A stretch of DNA of 64,000 nucleotides from positions 5,056,001 to 5,120,000 of the forward strand of contig CBDETK010000013.1 of NCBI GenBank assembly GCA_965242865.1. Direction: 5' to 3'. The notes beneath the pieces were generated by a model. That model saw only the letters and a list, made by a program, of their open reading frames with translations. It did not search any database and was not told the DNA's origin. The stretch is from Candidatus Latescibacterota bacterium. GTDB lineage: Bacteria; Latescibacterota; UBA2968; UBA8231. Numbering within the stretch: the stretch's first letter is position 1; each line of letters begins with the position of its first letter. Made by a program: the position numbers and the translations under genes. Positions 54,066 through 63,999 of this stretch are shown here, one piece after another.

Positions 54066-55775
54066 CTACCAAACACCTAGCACGATGTGCAGTGGACGCA
54101 ACAACCCCGTAGCTAATTCTTTGGAGTCTGAGCCATCAAAGTTGACGCTCCCAACGTTATTCGCGCCAAAGTCCGCCCAGTATATCTTTTCGTTCTCTAC
54201 ATCCAGCGCGATGCCCCATGCCGTCGTCACCCCCGTAAAGACGTCTTGGACGTCTGATCCATTGTCCAAGTTGGCAGACCGAATTCTACTGCCCGTGCTC
54301 ATGGTCCAGGAAACCCAGTATATCTTTCTGTTCACCAAATCCAGCGCGAGGCCCGATGCATTATTCACGTCCGTACCCGTAAGGAAGTCGGTGGGGTTTT
54401 CGCCATTCAGGTCGGCAGACTGAATCTTATGCTCGGCCCAGTCCGTCCAGTACATCTTTTCGCTCTTTACATCCAGCGCGATGCTCTGTGGCGCAGTATT
54501 CAAACCCGTCGTGGTCAAGAGTTTTCGGCGGTCTGAGCCATCCAAGTTGACAATCCCGATAGAATCCGCGGCCGTCCAGTATATCTTTCTGTTCACCGCA
54601 TCCAGCGCGATGCCCCGTGGCGAACCGAATCCCGAGGCGAGGGTTTGCGTGTTTGAGCCATCCAAGTCGGCCCACCGAAGCGAACCCCCTAGGACCGAGT
54701 CCGTCCAGTATATCTTTCTGTTCACCGCATCCACCGCGATGCCCGCTGGCTTACTGCCTTGGGGCACCCAGCCGTATAAGTGAGTGTAAACTTGTTCGGG
54801 TTCGGGGATGAAGGATTGGGGGGTTGAGCCATTCAAGTTCATACGCCAAATCCGAGACTCTCTTGTTGTTTCATCTATACCTGTTCTTATGTCAGCGTCT
54901 ATAAAATATAGGGCGGACTCTGGTTCCGGTTCCTCTGGTAGTTCTGGATAGACTTGTACGGTTTCGACGCGGGGGTATTTTTCTAGTACCGCTTCGACGC
55001 GGAGGCCGCTTGTTATCGCGGCGGCGAGTTGTTGGTTGGCCGCGTGCTGGCTGAGGGCGTTTTCCATCACGCCCAGCCATTGCAGGTTCGTCAGGCTCGC
55101 CAAGGGACTCACGTCGGTAATCGCGTTGTCTCCTAGCTGGATCCATTGCAGGTTCGTTAGGCGAGCTAACGGACTCACGTCCGTAATTTCGTTGCCCCAC
55201 ATATCCAGCTTGCGCAAGCTGATCAGGCTGGCCAGCGGACTCGCATCCGCAACCTTGTTCCCCCACAGCGACAGCGTGTGCAGATTGGTTAGGCTCGCCA
55301 ACGGCTGCACGTCGGTAATCGCGTTGCCCCGCAGATACAGCGTTGTCAGTGCTGTTGCGTGTTCGAGGCCGGCCACGCTCTCAATGTTTTTATAGCTCGC
55401 GTCGAGTTCGGTCAGGGCCGCCAAGTCCGCCGGGGTCAGCGGCCCTTGCGGACGGTCCAACGCCTCCCTTACCGCCCGCTCCAGATTGGCGTCGGCGAAC
55501 TCCACGACCGCCGATTGGGTGCTGTCAGCGTCAGCGTCGGCGGTCTCGGTGCTATCGGCGTCGGCGTCGGTTTGGGTGGTATCAGGGCTTTCGGGGGCGG
55601 CCAACCCGTCGGTAGCGGTGTAGGCGTCGTCGCCCAAGAATTCGCATAAGGAACAGGTGGCTTTGCCCGCTGGCCGAGAAGCGACCGGCGCGGAGTCCGA
55701 GCAGCCCATCCAAGCCCCGACGATGCCCAAAAGGACGAACGCAAATAGGGTTTTGAGAGATTTCAACGAAAGCAT
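54066..55775 (-). CDS. Lipoprotein with internalin-like LRRs and C-terminal YWTD propeller, copy 2
   Basis: N-terminal ~260 aa nearly identical to 31377..33050; divergent KIYWTD-type repeats. Confidence 0.85.
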   Translation of the reverse strand: MLSLKSLKTLFAFVLLGIVGAWMGCSDSAPVASRPAGKATCSLCEFLGDDAYTATDGLAAPESPDTTQTDADADSTETADADADSTQSAVVEFADANLERAVREALDRPQGPLTPADLAALTELDASYKNIESVAGLEHATALTTLYLRGNAITDVQPLASLTNLHTLSLWGNKVADASPLASLISLRKLDMWGNEITDVSPLARLTNLQWIQLGDNAITDVSPLASLTNLQWLGVMENALSQHAANQQLAAAITSGLRVEAVLEKYPRVETVQVYPELPEEPEPESALYFIDADIRTGIDETTRESRIWRMNLNGSTPQSFIPEPEQVYTHLYGWVPQGSKPAGIAVDAVNRKIYWTDSVLGGSLRWADLDGSNTQTLASGFGSPRGIALDAVNRKIYWTAADSIGIVNLDGSDRRKLLTTTGLNTAPQSIALDVKSEKMYWTDWAEHKIQSADLNGENPTDFLTGTDVNNASGLALDLVNRKIYWVSWTMSTGSRIRSANLDNGSDVQDVFTGVTTAWGIALDVENEKIYWADFGANNVGSVNFDGSDSKELATGLLRPLHIVLGVW

Positions 55776-56153
55776 GGTTTGCTCCTTTGCATGGGTTGGA
55801 AGAAGGACTGAGTACACGACCCCCTACTTTGCGAACGCCTTTTCTGCTGTTCTCGATGAATCCGAGCTGGAGGGCGTCTCGCCTTCGACGAGGACAGGAT
55901 GCCCGCGCTCTTTGGAAGGCGAGTGGTGGGTCGTATCGTGAGGAAGAAGGGAATGGCGCGGCCGGGCTCGCCCTAGGGCGGTACTTTGGATAGGCCCCAG
56001 CCTACGTACACGGCGTACAGACGAAGGCCGACCGGCCGTGTGCGGTTTGGGGCCGTGCGGCCAGACCGCCGCGACGCCCAACAGCCGCGCACGATCCGTC
56101 GGCCTATGCTGAGAAGTAGAGAGTTTAGTGCTTGGTGCTAGCGGAGAATTTTC

Positions 56154-56191
56154 GGGGGGGGGGGGGTAAGTCGTTGTTTTTCAAGGACTTA
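56154..56191. repeat. Poly-G tract (G13) plus inverted repeat
   Basis: G13 then TAAGTCGTTGTTTTTCAAGGACTTA (arms TAAGTC/GACTTA). Confidence 0.8.
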
Positions 56192-56323
56192 CGACGCATT
56201 AAGTCCGACGATGAATCCAAGCACCCAACAGGGTTTTGCCCCACAGCAAGGCCCCTGCCTGATATGAAATGCTTAACCATCGTCTCGTTCATTTGCCAAC
56301 CGATCGTGCCAAATTTGCCGCTG

Positions 56324-56459
56324 TAACGGGCAGGCACGGGGGCCTGCCCCAACGAAATTCTAACGGGCAGGCACGGGGGGCCGCCCCAACGAAATTCTAA
56401 CGGGCAGGCACGGGGGCCTGCCCCAACAATTCTAACGGGCAGGCACGGGGGGCCGCCCC
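56324..56459. repeat. Tandem 35-37-bp palindromic REP-like units (4 copies)
   Basis: Units at 56324, 56361, 56398 and 56433; same family as 33584-33684. Confidence 0.85.
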
Positions 56460-56597
56460 TGATTTAGGTCATTTGCCGTCATTAAATAAAAGCCTAAACG
56501 CAGAAGCCGCAACCTGCTTACTTCTACGGCAATCCTTAGAAACTGTCTGAGGCAACAAAGCCCAAAGCCTGCCCGCAACTTCTTAGAATCATCGATC

Positions 56598-59279
56598 CTA
56601 GCGAATCAGAGCCATCCGCCTCACCTCGGTAAAGTCCGACCCAGCGGCGAGTCGATACAAATAGACGCCGCTAGCGACCGGCCGCCCCTCGTCGTCGCGG
56701 CCATTCCAAGCGGTGCGATAGTGGCCGGCCGTCAGCGTCTCGCCGCGGTACAGGGCGCGGACGCGGCGGCCCAGCGCGTCGTACACCACTAAATGCACGG
56801 GGGCGGTCCGCGCCACGTCGAAGGCGATGGTCGTGCTAGCGTTGAACGGATTGGGCCAGTTGCCGTGCAACCGAAATGCCTCGGGGACGCCAGCGGCCTG
56901 CTCGGCAATCGCCGTCTGAATGTAATTCGGAGCACCCGGCGTGGGAGTATGTACGGTCTGAAAATCGCCCGTACCGTCGGGGACGCGGGCAAAGCTGGTT
57001 CCCTCGTCGGCCTGTCCCTTATCCCAATCAATACTGGCGATTAAGGTTCCGTCTGCCGTCCAAATGCCCAGCTCTTCGTCGCGCCCGAGGGCAAAGCCGG
57101 GCCACCCGTCTTTGTCTAGCTCAATCTGTAGAAACGCACCCGCCTCAACGACCGCACCGGCCGGAAAGGCCGTGCGCTTGCTGGCGTCCGTCAGATCGTC
57201 GGCCATCACAAAGTCCGCCAGCTCGATCCGCTCATCCGAGGCATTGTACAGTTCAAACCAATCGAGCGGGTCGCCTTGGGCGGCAACCTCGTTGATGATC
57301 AGGGCGATTTCTGCCTCGGCTTCGTCGGCTCCGGCTGCTGGCGGAGCGTCTCCGCCAAACAAGGTGCCGTAAAACCGGCCCGCAATCCTTGCGCCCGGTT
57401 CGGTGCTGGCCTCGTCAAACTCAATCCCTCCCTTGCCGATCAGGTCAAACTGCTCTGGGGGACTATCGGGGGATGGCAGCCACACGCGGTAGCCGCTGAC
57501 CGCATCCATGTCAATGGGCAAGTTGGCGCCGCTCACCATGCGGTCAATCGGCAGCTCCGCCGCGAGGATGTCGATGGTAGCGTCCGGCCCGAGGCTGATG
57601 ATGGAGATGGACGCCCTCTTTTCAGCGGCGCGTCCTTCGCCCTCTGCTCCCGTCGCGTCCTCAAACTCGCCTTGGTCAATGGCATCGTCGCCGTTGGCGT
57701 CAATGGTCAGAATCTCTGCCCACGATGGCAGGTCTTCAACGCCGAGCGCGAGGGCCGCATCGTAGTCGGCGCGGTCGAAAACGCCATTGCCGTTGCTGTC
57801 GAGCGCGCCGAGGGTTTCATCCCAGCTTTCTACTTGCTCGGCCTCGCCTTCCTCAAAGCCGGCCGTGGCCCCCGACCGCTCAAAGCGCTGCTTTTTTCCA
57901 CCCAACTCGTACTCGGCAAACGCGACCGTGCCTTCGGCCAGCGGATTCTCGCTGGCACGCGACCCCCAAGTCGTCTCAAAGCGCAGCTCAAAAGAGCCTG
58001 CTTCCGCCCAGCAGATGTCGGCCGAGGCCAAGGGCCAAGGCCAAGCGGGCGGTTCGGGATCGAGATCGGCCAAAATCACCGCCCGCCGCGTGCGAATGAA
58101 CCGGCGCACCCGGTCTGCGTCGCCGGCGGCGCCATCCCGCCTTTCGTCCAGTATGTGCTGCTCGACAATCGCCGCCATCTCGTCGGCGAGGCCGAGCAAT
58201 TCTTCCTCGTTCCAGACCGCCTCGAGCAGCTCCTTGAGGCGGCTCACATAAGCCGCTCGCATCGCGTCGTCGCGGTACAAACGGTGGGCAATGGCCCCGT
58301 GCGCCATGACCGCCGCCGGCGATTCAAAATCGTCAAAGGGGTTGTCGCTCGACCCGAAAACGTCATCCGCGCCCCAAGGCACGAACACAAACGGCGCGCC
58401 CGGCTGGCGGTAGATGTAGAAGTTGTTGCGGTTGCTGGCGTATCCATCCCAGTGCCCGACGAGCACTTCAACCGCCCAGAAGGTGAGGAAGCGGTCGAGA
58501 TCAACGGCCGCGGCGAGCGCGTCTAAGCCGGCCGGAGAGGGGTCTTGCAGCGCGGCGACGACCGCGTCGATGTCCGACCAGTCGGCGGCGTCCTCGTTGG
58601 TTTTCTTTTCAAAGGTGCCGCGCCATCCGGGGCGAAAATCGCTCAGGGTTCCCTCGTACAAATTGCCGCTTGGATCGGAAAAATTGCGCGCCAAAAAGGC
58701 CGTTTTCATGCTCTCGACGTGGACGTACAAGCCCAAGTTTTTGCCGTTTACTGCAACGGTGGCAAAGTTGCAGCGCGGCGCGGGCAGGCCAGCGGCCGCG
58801 AAGACGCGGTACGCCATGCACGTATTGATCATCGACGGGTCTTGCTGGACGTTGTTCAGGGTCAGGCGCTTCATCGCCCCGCCGAGCAGTTGGCCATCGA
58901 CGAACTTGTCGAAGCGGACCTTGAGCGCGGGTTTTTCCGTACTCAGCGACCCGAGGAACCCTTTCTTGCGGACGCCGACTTGGGCGTGGGTTTCGCCATC
59001 TACCGTTACCGTCGCTTCAAACCAAGAGAACACATCGTCCGGGGGGCTGTCGAGGCAGTCGGTGCCCCCGAGAATATCTACAAGGGTCCGCGTCTGGGCG
59101 CGCAGCCGGTCCCAATCCTCGGGCGTCATCTCAACGGCCACCTCGAGCACGCGGTCGAGGGCGAAATAAGGGTCGCTGGGATGGGGAGCATCCTCAACTC
59201 CCAACGCTGGGCGGACGACCCAGAAAAACGCCGCAAGCGCGATCCCTGCGGCTCTGAATAAGTACTGGTGATTTTTCAT
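56598..59279 (-). CDS. CotH kinase family protein with EF-hand-like motifs, lamin-tail domain and FlgD-Ig C-terminal domain
   Basis: VGVRKKG, KPALKVRFD, LTLNN, GHWDGY..NRNNFY, VPWGAD; DSNGNGVFD and DANGDDAID; IINEVAA..DWFELYN..TPTPGAPN; NWPNPFN..WNGRD..G..VASGVY. Confidence 0.85.
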   Translation of the reverse strand: MKNHQYLFRAAGIALAAFFWVVRPALGVEDAPHPSDPYFALDRVLEVAVEMTPEDWDRLRAQTRTLVDILGGTDCLDSPPDDVFSWFEATVTVDGETHAQVGVRKKGFLGSLSTEKPALKVRFDKFVDGQLLGGAMKRLTLNNVQQDPSMINTCMAYRVFAAAGLPAPRCNFATVAVNGKNLGLYVHVESMKTAFLARNFSDPSGNLYEGTLSDFRPGWRGTFEKKTNEDAADWSDIDAVVAALQDPSPAGLDALAAAVDLDRFLTFWAVEVLVGHWDGYASNRNNFYIYRQPGAPFVFVPWGADDVFGSSDNPFDDFESPAAVMAHGAIAHRLYRDDAMRAAYVSRLKELLEAVWNEEELLGLADEMAAIVEQHILDERRDGAAGDADRVRRFIRTRRAVILADLDPEPPAWPWPLASADICWAEAGSFELRFETTWGSRASENPLAEGTVAFAEYELGGKKQRFERSGATAGFEEGEAEQVESWDETLGALDSNGNGVFDRADYDAALALGVEDLPSWAEILTIDANGDDAIDQGEFEDATGAEGEGRAAEKRASISIISLGPDATIDILAAELPIDRMVSGANLPIDMDAVSGYRVWLPSPDSPPEQFDLIGKGGIEFDEASTEPGARIAGRFYGTLFGGDAPPAAGADEAEAEIALIINEVAAQGDPLDWFELYNASDERIELADFVMADDLTDASKRTAFPAGAVVEAGAFLQIELDKDGWPGFALGRDEELGIWTADGTLIASIDWDKGQADEGTSFARVPDGTGDFQTVHTPTPGAPNYIQTAIAEQAAGVPEAFRLHGNWPNPFNASTTIAFDVARTAPVHLVVYDALGRRVRALYRGETLTAGHYRTAWNGRDDEGRPVASGVYLYRLAAGSDFTEVRRMALIR

Positions 59280-59456
59280 GCGTCCTTTTCCTTTGCTTAG
59301 ACGGGTGGGAATGGCGGCTGCCCAAAGATAGGGCCGCTAGCGGTTTTCGGTAACGGCACCACCGACCACATGCTTTAACACCGCCGCCCAGAACCTTTTG
59401 CAGCTTAAGGAGGCTACGTGCTTGTAAATTGATGATAGTATCATTAACCTACAAGC

Positions 59457-60713
59457 ATGAATTACAGAAATCGCCACTTAGAGGCCAAAATTCTTCGCTA
59501 TAAAGAGATTTTTCCCGTCCTGCTGGTGACCGGGGCGCGCCAAGTCGGCAAGAGCACCCTACTGAGCCATCTGTGCGGTGCGGTCATGCCCCATATTACC
59601 TTTGATCCGGTCATTGACGTGGGCAACGCCCGTCAAGACCCGGAATTCTTCATCGCCCAGCACCCGCCCCCCATCATATTGGACGAGATTCAGTACGCGC
59701 CCGAGCTGCTGGCGGTTATCAAACGCCGCGTCGATCGCGACGACGCGCCCGGACAGTATTTTCTGACCGGCTCTCAGAACTTAGCCCTGCTCCGCGATGC
59801 GAGCGAAAGTCTGGCCGGCCGAGTCGTCGTCCTCGATCTAGGGCCTTTGACCCTGAGCGAACGCCAAGGGTGCGGCTCGGGTGCTGGCCCCGGATGGTTA
59901 GAGCTTCTGCTAGAGGCCGGAGGCACTCTGCCGGACTTGCACCACCAAGCGCGTGTGCCAGCGGTCGCCCCGCTGCGGACCGCATTCGAGGTGCTGTGGA
60001 GAGGCGGCTACCCCCGGACGCTGGACCAATCGCCGGACGTCATTGCCGACATCATGCAATCCTACGTGCGGACCTATGTCGAGCGCGATGTACGCAGCCT
60101 AGCCAGCGTACAGGATCAGCAGCAGTTCACGCGCTTGCTCAGTCTGTGCGCTGCGTTGACGGCGCAGGAGATAAATCGCAGTCAGTTTGGCCGCGAAATC
60201 GGCGTTACTCCGCAGACGGCCGCACGCTGGCTGCACATCCTCAAGGCGACCTACCAATGGCTGGAGCTGCCGCCCTACCACGGCAGCGCGATCAAACGGA
60301 TCAGCGGCAAACCCAAAGGCTACCTGACCGACACCGGGCTAGCCGCTTTCCTACAGCGAATTTCCTCGCCCGCGGCCCTGTCTGGCCATCCCCTGCTCGG
60401 GGCGCTTTTTGAGACGCACGTAGTGCTGGATATCCACCGCACCTTCCACTGCTTGACCATGCCTCCCCAAGTCTATCACTGGCGCACCCTCGCGGGTGCA
60501 GAGGTTGATTTGCTGCTGGAGCGCGATGGAATTTTCTGGCCGGTGGAAATCAAGAGCGGCACGCGCATCACGAGCGCCGATGCACGGGGCATCCGCGCCT
60601 TCCGAGAAACCTATCCGGCCCTGCGCCACGGCCCGGGAATTATCGTCGCCCCGGTAGAAGAGGTCTTCCAACTACGCGACGAGGTCCTCGTCATCCCGTA
60701 CGATCTGCTGTAA
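59457..60713 (+). CDS. AAA+ ATPase with DUF4143 C-terminal domain
   Basis: TGARQVGKST, ILDEIQYAP, LTGSQ, TYVERD, KPKGYLTDTG, WRT..GAEVDL, VEIK. Confidence 0.9.
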   Translation: MNYRNRHLEAKILRYKEIFPVLLVTGARQVGKSTLLSHLCGAVMPHITFDPVIDVGNARQDPEFFIAQHPPPIILDEIQYAPELLAVIKRRVDRDDAPGQYFLTGSQNLALLRDASESLAGRVVVLDLGPLTLSERQGCGSGAGPGWLELLLEAGGTLPDLHHQARVPAVAPLRTAFEVLWRGGYPRTLDQSPDVIADIMQSYVRTYVERDVRSLASVQDQQQFTRLLSLCAALTAQEINRSQFGREIGVTPQTAARWLHILKATYQWLELPPYHGSAIKRISGKPKGYLTDTGLAAFLQRISSPAALSGHPLLGALFETHVVLDIHRTFHCLTMPPQVYHWRTLAGAEVDLLLERDGIFWPVEIKSGTRITSADARGIRAFRETYPALRHGPGIIVAPVEEVFQLRDEVLVIPYDLL

Positions 60714-60862
60714 CGGTGCTTCTCGGCTGCCTGTTGACTGTGAAAGCAGATCGTATCCCAAGGTATTTCTTGAGCCGCCAGATTATTCCTGACGTTTAGC
60801 AAGTCATTTTCAGCCCGGCTGATCCACTGCCGCACTAGGATTTTTTGCGGCGATTCGCTCAT
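60714..60862 (-). pseudogene. Truncated HEPN-domain gene
   Basis: QWISRAENDL...ICFHSQQAAEK; homology ends where it meets the convergent ATPase gene. Confidence 0.7.
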
Positions 60863-60863
60863 A

Positions 60864-61052
60864 TAGCAATCCTAAATGACTTGAAAGTATAGAATGTTCA
60901 TCGGCCCTGCTTTTTGCATACAGTCGTCATTGCCCAGCGAGGAACCCCTTGGGTCGAACACCACGCCCCACCAGGAGACAAAAGGGCTTGACGAGAAACA
61001 CGGATACTCCCGCAAACGCGGGAATCCAGTCTTGAAGGATGTAGGATTGCTA
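60864..61052. mobile_element. 189-bp MITE with IS630-type ends
   Basis: TIRs TAGCAATCCTAAAT and ATGTAGGATTGCTA (13/14 match), TA on both sides; left end matches the IS630 at 26764; internal REP-like hairpin at 61006-61031. Confidence 0.8.
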
Positions 61053-61083
61053 TATTGCGGCCTTGGTCGAAGCATTCCCTTTT

Positions 61084-61990
61084 TTATAGAATCAGCAGCA
61101 TCTTGCGGGTGGCCTGCCGACCCTCGGCGTCTAGCCGCGCAATATACACCCCACTGCTGACGACTTGGCCGTGAGCATCGCGCCCATCCCAAGCCGTCTG
61201 ATAGGTTCCCGCCGGCCGCATGCCTTCTACCAAAGTAGCTACCAACTGGCCGTGGGTGTTGAACACTTGCAGCGACACCGCCGATAGCTGCTGGAGAGTA
61301 AAGCCGATGTGCGTGGCGTGATTGAAGGGGTTGGGATAATTCTGCGCGAGATGGAACGAGCGCGGCGCACCGGACATGGACGAGGATGCAATCGCCGTAG
61401 GCAGATCGGGACGATGCCACCGGTACAGGCCCTCGTATGAGGGAATCCACAGATCCCCCCGACTGTCGAAAACCGGGGCACGAGCGACTAGGAACTCCTC
61501 CCAAGAGAACCCGGTCCAAGTGGTCCCCTCCAACATACCAAAGTAGCCCCCTACCACGATCCACAGTCGACCCGCGGCGTCTTCCGTCATCTCAAAAACA
61601 TTCCAGAATAAAGCATTCCAGAATATCCCGGCCTTATGGTAGTACTTCCAAGTCGAACCGTCCTTGACACACAATATCCAACAATCCAACCAGACGCGAC
61701 CTTGGCTGTCCGGGAAGATCATCTGGACGTGGGATCGATACTTCGGATCAAAATCGAACGGAGCGGACGGATCTTTGGAGCGATGGGATGGGTAGCCCCC
61801 CATCTACCACCATTGGCGTACTAAGCAGCCGCTGCTGCGAGCCATCCGGCGTATATAGGGTCACCTGCCGCGTTTCTTGCCCCGAAAGCCCAAGAGGCAA
61901 TAGCAGTAATAGCAACAGATAGCCGCTCGCCGGACCAGCGAGCTTGGGACGTAACCGAATAGGAGCTGAGGAAGGGCGTACACCGAGCAT
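61084..61990 (-). pseudogene. Secreted beta-propeller-repeat protein with FlgD-Ig C-terminal domain, frameshifted or internally deleted
   Basis: DSQGRVW, DAAGRLW and DSRGDLW repeats plus QNYPNPFN..WDGRD..VSSGVY; the signal peptide (LLLLLLLPLGLSG-Q) is in a different frame, with the junction near a G6 tract at 61796-61801. Confidence 0.6.
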
Positions 61991-62103
61991 AACACGACCT
62001 CCATCAAAGGGGGGATGGAAGACATACGTTTGTCTAAACATGCAACAAAATATAACGAATGATCGGCTCGGAGTACACTTTCACCTGAACTCAGTGGTCC
62101 CCT

Positions 62104-62610
62104 TCAGCGGTCTCGATCTAAGCGAGACAACCGCTCCCAATCCTCTCGGAACGTCCCTTCCTGAACCGCTCGGGTTAGGTCGGTATTGGTCGCCGCCACG
62201 ACCCGCACATCTATCGGGATCGAGGCCCTGCCGCCGACGCGGGTCAGGCTATTCTGCTCCAAGACATGGAGCAACACCCGTTGCGATTTCACCGGCAAAT
62301 TGCCGATCTCATCGAGGAACCCGCCCACCGCAAAGGAAGACACCGCCCCCGGAGCCAATCCCGCCAACGTCGTCGCATCCACGCCTGCGGATGTCCACCC
62401 CAAAAGCTGGGCCACCCCTTCGTAGAGTTGGTACTCATAGCCGGTCAGTGCCGAGGGGTTGGACATGGGCTTGGACACCGACACGTTCACCCGACCCGCC
62501 GCCGAATACACCGACACCTCCGGCGCATCTGACGCCCCGGTTTGCACTGGCGCATCCGCATCGCGTTGGATCGGTGGAGTGTGCATCGTGCGGCGGTGGC
62601 GACCCGGCAA
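62104..62610 (-). pseudogene. Chimeric fragment: Fn3-like piece fused to a sigma54 activator AAA fragment
   Basis: FLDEIGNLP..Q..LL.VLE....RVGG...IPIDVRVVAATN.DL...V..G.FRED; no Walker A or GAFTGA. Confidence 0.65.
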
Positions 62611-62629
62611 AAAAGATACGCGGATCGAC

Positions 62630-62866
62630 CCACCATCGAAGGGTTACCCGCCTATGCACCCGAATTGAACCCGGTCGAACAGGTCTGGAATCATACCAAG
62701 TATGGGGACTTGGCCAACTTCATCCCCGATCCCATCGAGCACCTAGCCGACGGGGTCATGCCGTCGATGACCGCCCAGCATCACGATAACCACCTGATCC
62801 GAGGCTTCTTCAAGTACGCTCAACTACCCCTGTAACGTATTCCTTTATTTTTGCAGAACTCAATAA
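62630..62866 (+). pseudogene. IS630-family transposase C-terminal remnant
   Basis: LPAYAPELNPVEQVWNHTK; N-terminal part missing. Confidence 0.75.
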
Positions 62867-62930
62867 GCGCATACCGGACATTCTTTGATTTTCACATAAT
62901 TGGTTAATTGTCCGATTTTGGATATATTCT

Positions 62931-63248
62931 TTGGTGGAAAGCGAGGAACCATCTTTGGGAAAGTTGGAATGCTTTCAATTGGCAGGCTTGGAATTATGGT
63001 TCAATTCCTCAGATCACGAACCACCTCACTTTCACGCTCGCAAACCGGACAAATGGGAAATACGCGTCTTTTTTGGTGCATGTAAAACCGGAAATCTGGT
63101 TTTTACTGTGAAGTTTCCCCCTTCAAGATTTTCGGCCGCGCAGACGACAACGCTCAGCTTTTGCCGCAAATGCTTTATGAGGCACAACTCAGGAGCAGCC
63201 TACACATTCTCGTGCATTCGACTAAGGAAGTGCCCAAGCGCGTACTAA
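62931..63248 (+). CDS. DUF4160-like small protein
   Basis: GLELWFNSSDHEPPHFHA; start and end uncertain. Confidence 0.6.
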   Translation: MVESEEPSLGKLECFQLAGLELWFNSSDHEPPHFHARKPDKWEIRVFFGACKTGNLVFTVKFPPSRFSAAQTTTLSFCRKCFMRHNSGAAYTFSCIRLRKCPSAY

Positions 63249-63739
63249 CGGCTTGGATCCTTGGATGTCCCGAGGAACTCGTTGCCGCGGCACAGGTCGT
63301 AGGCGAGGAACTCTTTGTCATGGCCTGTGATCATACCTTGTTCAGAGTAGGTTTTGCAGAAATGCCCGCACTCAAGCGCATTCCACCCCAACAGCGTTCT
63401 TCATTTACCATCTCCAGTGAAGGCAGTTACATGCATTGGCCTGAGGTTGATGTACATATTGACTTAGAGGCTGTTCGCTGCCTAAAAGACGACATAAGGC
63501 GCGAGAAAAAGGATTGGGAAAAGCTGATGTACGACCTCCGATTCGGAGAGGCCGTTGCCGCATTGCGCAAGCAGTGCGGGATTAAGCAAGCCGAGATACG
63601 AGGGCTTTCTGAACGCCAAGTGCGAAGAATCGAAAAGGGGGAACGGACCAAGGTGGATACGCTAGCGATTTTGGCAAGAAGCCACGGATTGTCCCTTAAA
63701 GAGTATCTCGACGAAATTGCCAACATCCTCTCTCCCTAG
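63161..63739 (+). CDS. DUF2442-like domain plus XRE-type HTH protein
   Basis: ISSEGSYMHWPEVDVHID, then FGEAVAALRKQCGIKQAEI.GLSERQVRRIEKG. Confidence 0.7.
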   Translation: MPQMLYEAQLRSSLHILVHSTKEVPKRVLTAWILGCPEELVAAAQVVGEELFVMACDHTLFRVGFAEMPALKRIPPQQRSSFTISSEGSYMHWPEVDVHIDLEAVRCLKDDIRREKKDWEKLMYDLRFGEAVAALRKQCGIKQAEIRGLSERQVRRIEKGERTKVDTLAILARSHGLSLKEYLDEIANILSP

Positions 63740-63747
63740 GCGTCCGT

Positions 63748-63999
63748 TCACTTTTTCCGCTCCTTGTAGCGGCGGCCCCGGTCTTTAGCGCGGCGGTCGC
63801 GCACTAATTCCATCACCGGGACGCCGTAGCCGCAACTAGTGCCGGTCTGCTCAACTTCGACTTCGATTACTTGGCGCTTGGTCCGCAGGTGTTCGGCCTC
63901 TGCTTGCAGCAGCAATGCGGCGTGGGGCGATTCTTCGAGCGGGGTGGCCGTGGCTTTGCCGTAGAGGCGGACGATGCCGGCGTCCGCTCCGGCAAATGA
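63748..63999 (-). CDS. Pyridoxamine 5'-phosphate oxidase family protein, 5' partial
   Basis: Not in the ORF track; minus strand reads IVRLYGKA...RQVIEVEVEQTGTSCGYGVP. Confidence 0.75.
   Translation of the reverse strand, partial: SFAGADAGIVRLYGKATATPLEESPHAALLLQAEAEHLRTKRQVIEVEVEQTGTSCGYGVPVMELVRDRRAKDRGRRYKERKK

Noticed and set aside
31377-55775. Diversity-generating retroelement behind the paralog variation
   Set aside because: No reverse transcriptase in the window; differences between copies include indels and are not adenine-specific.
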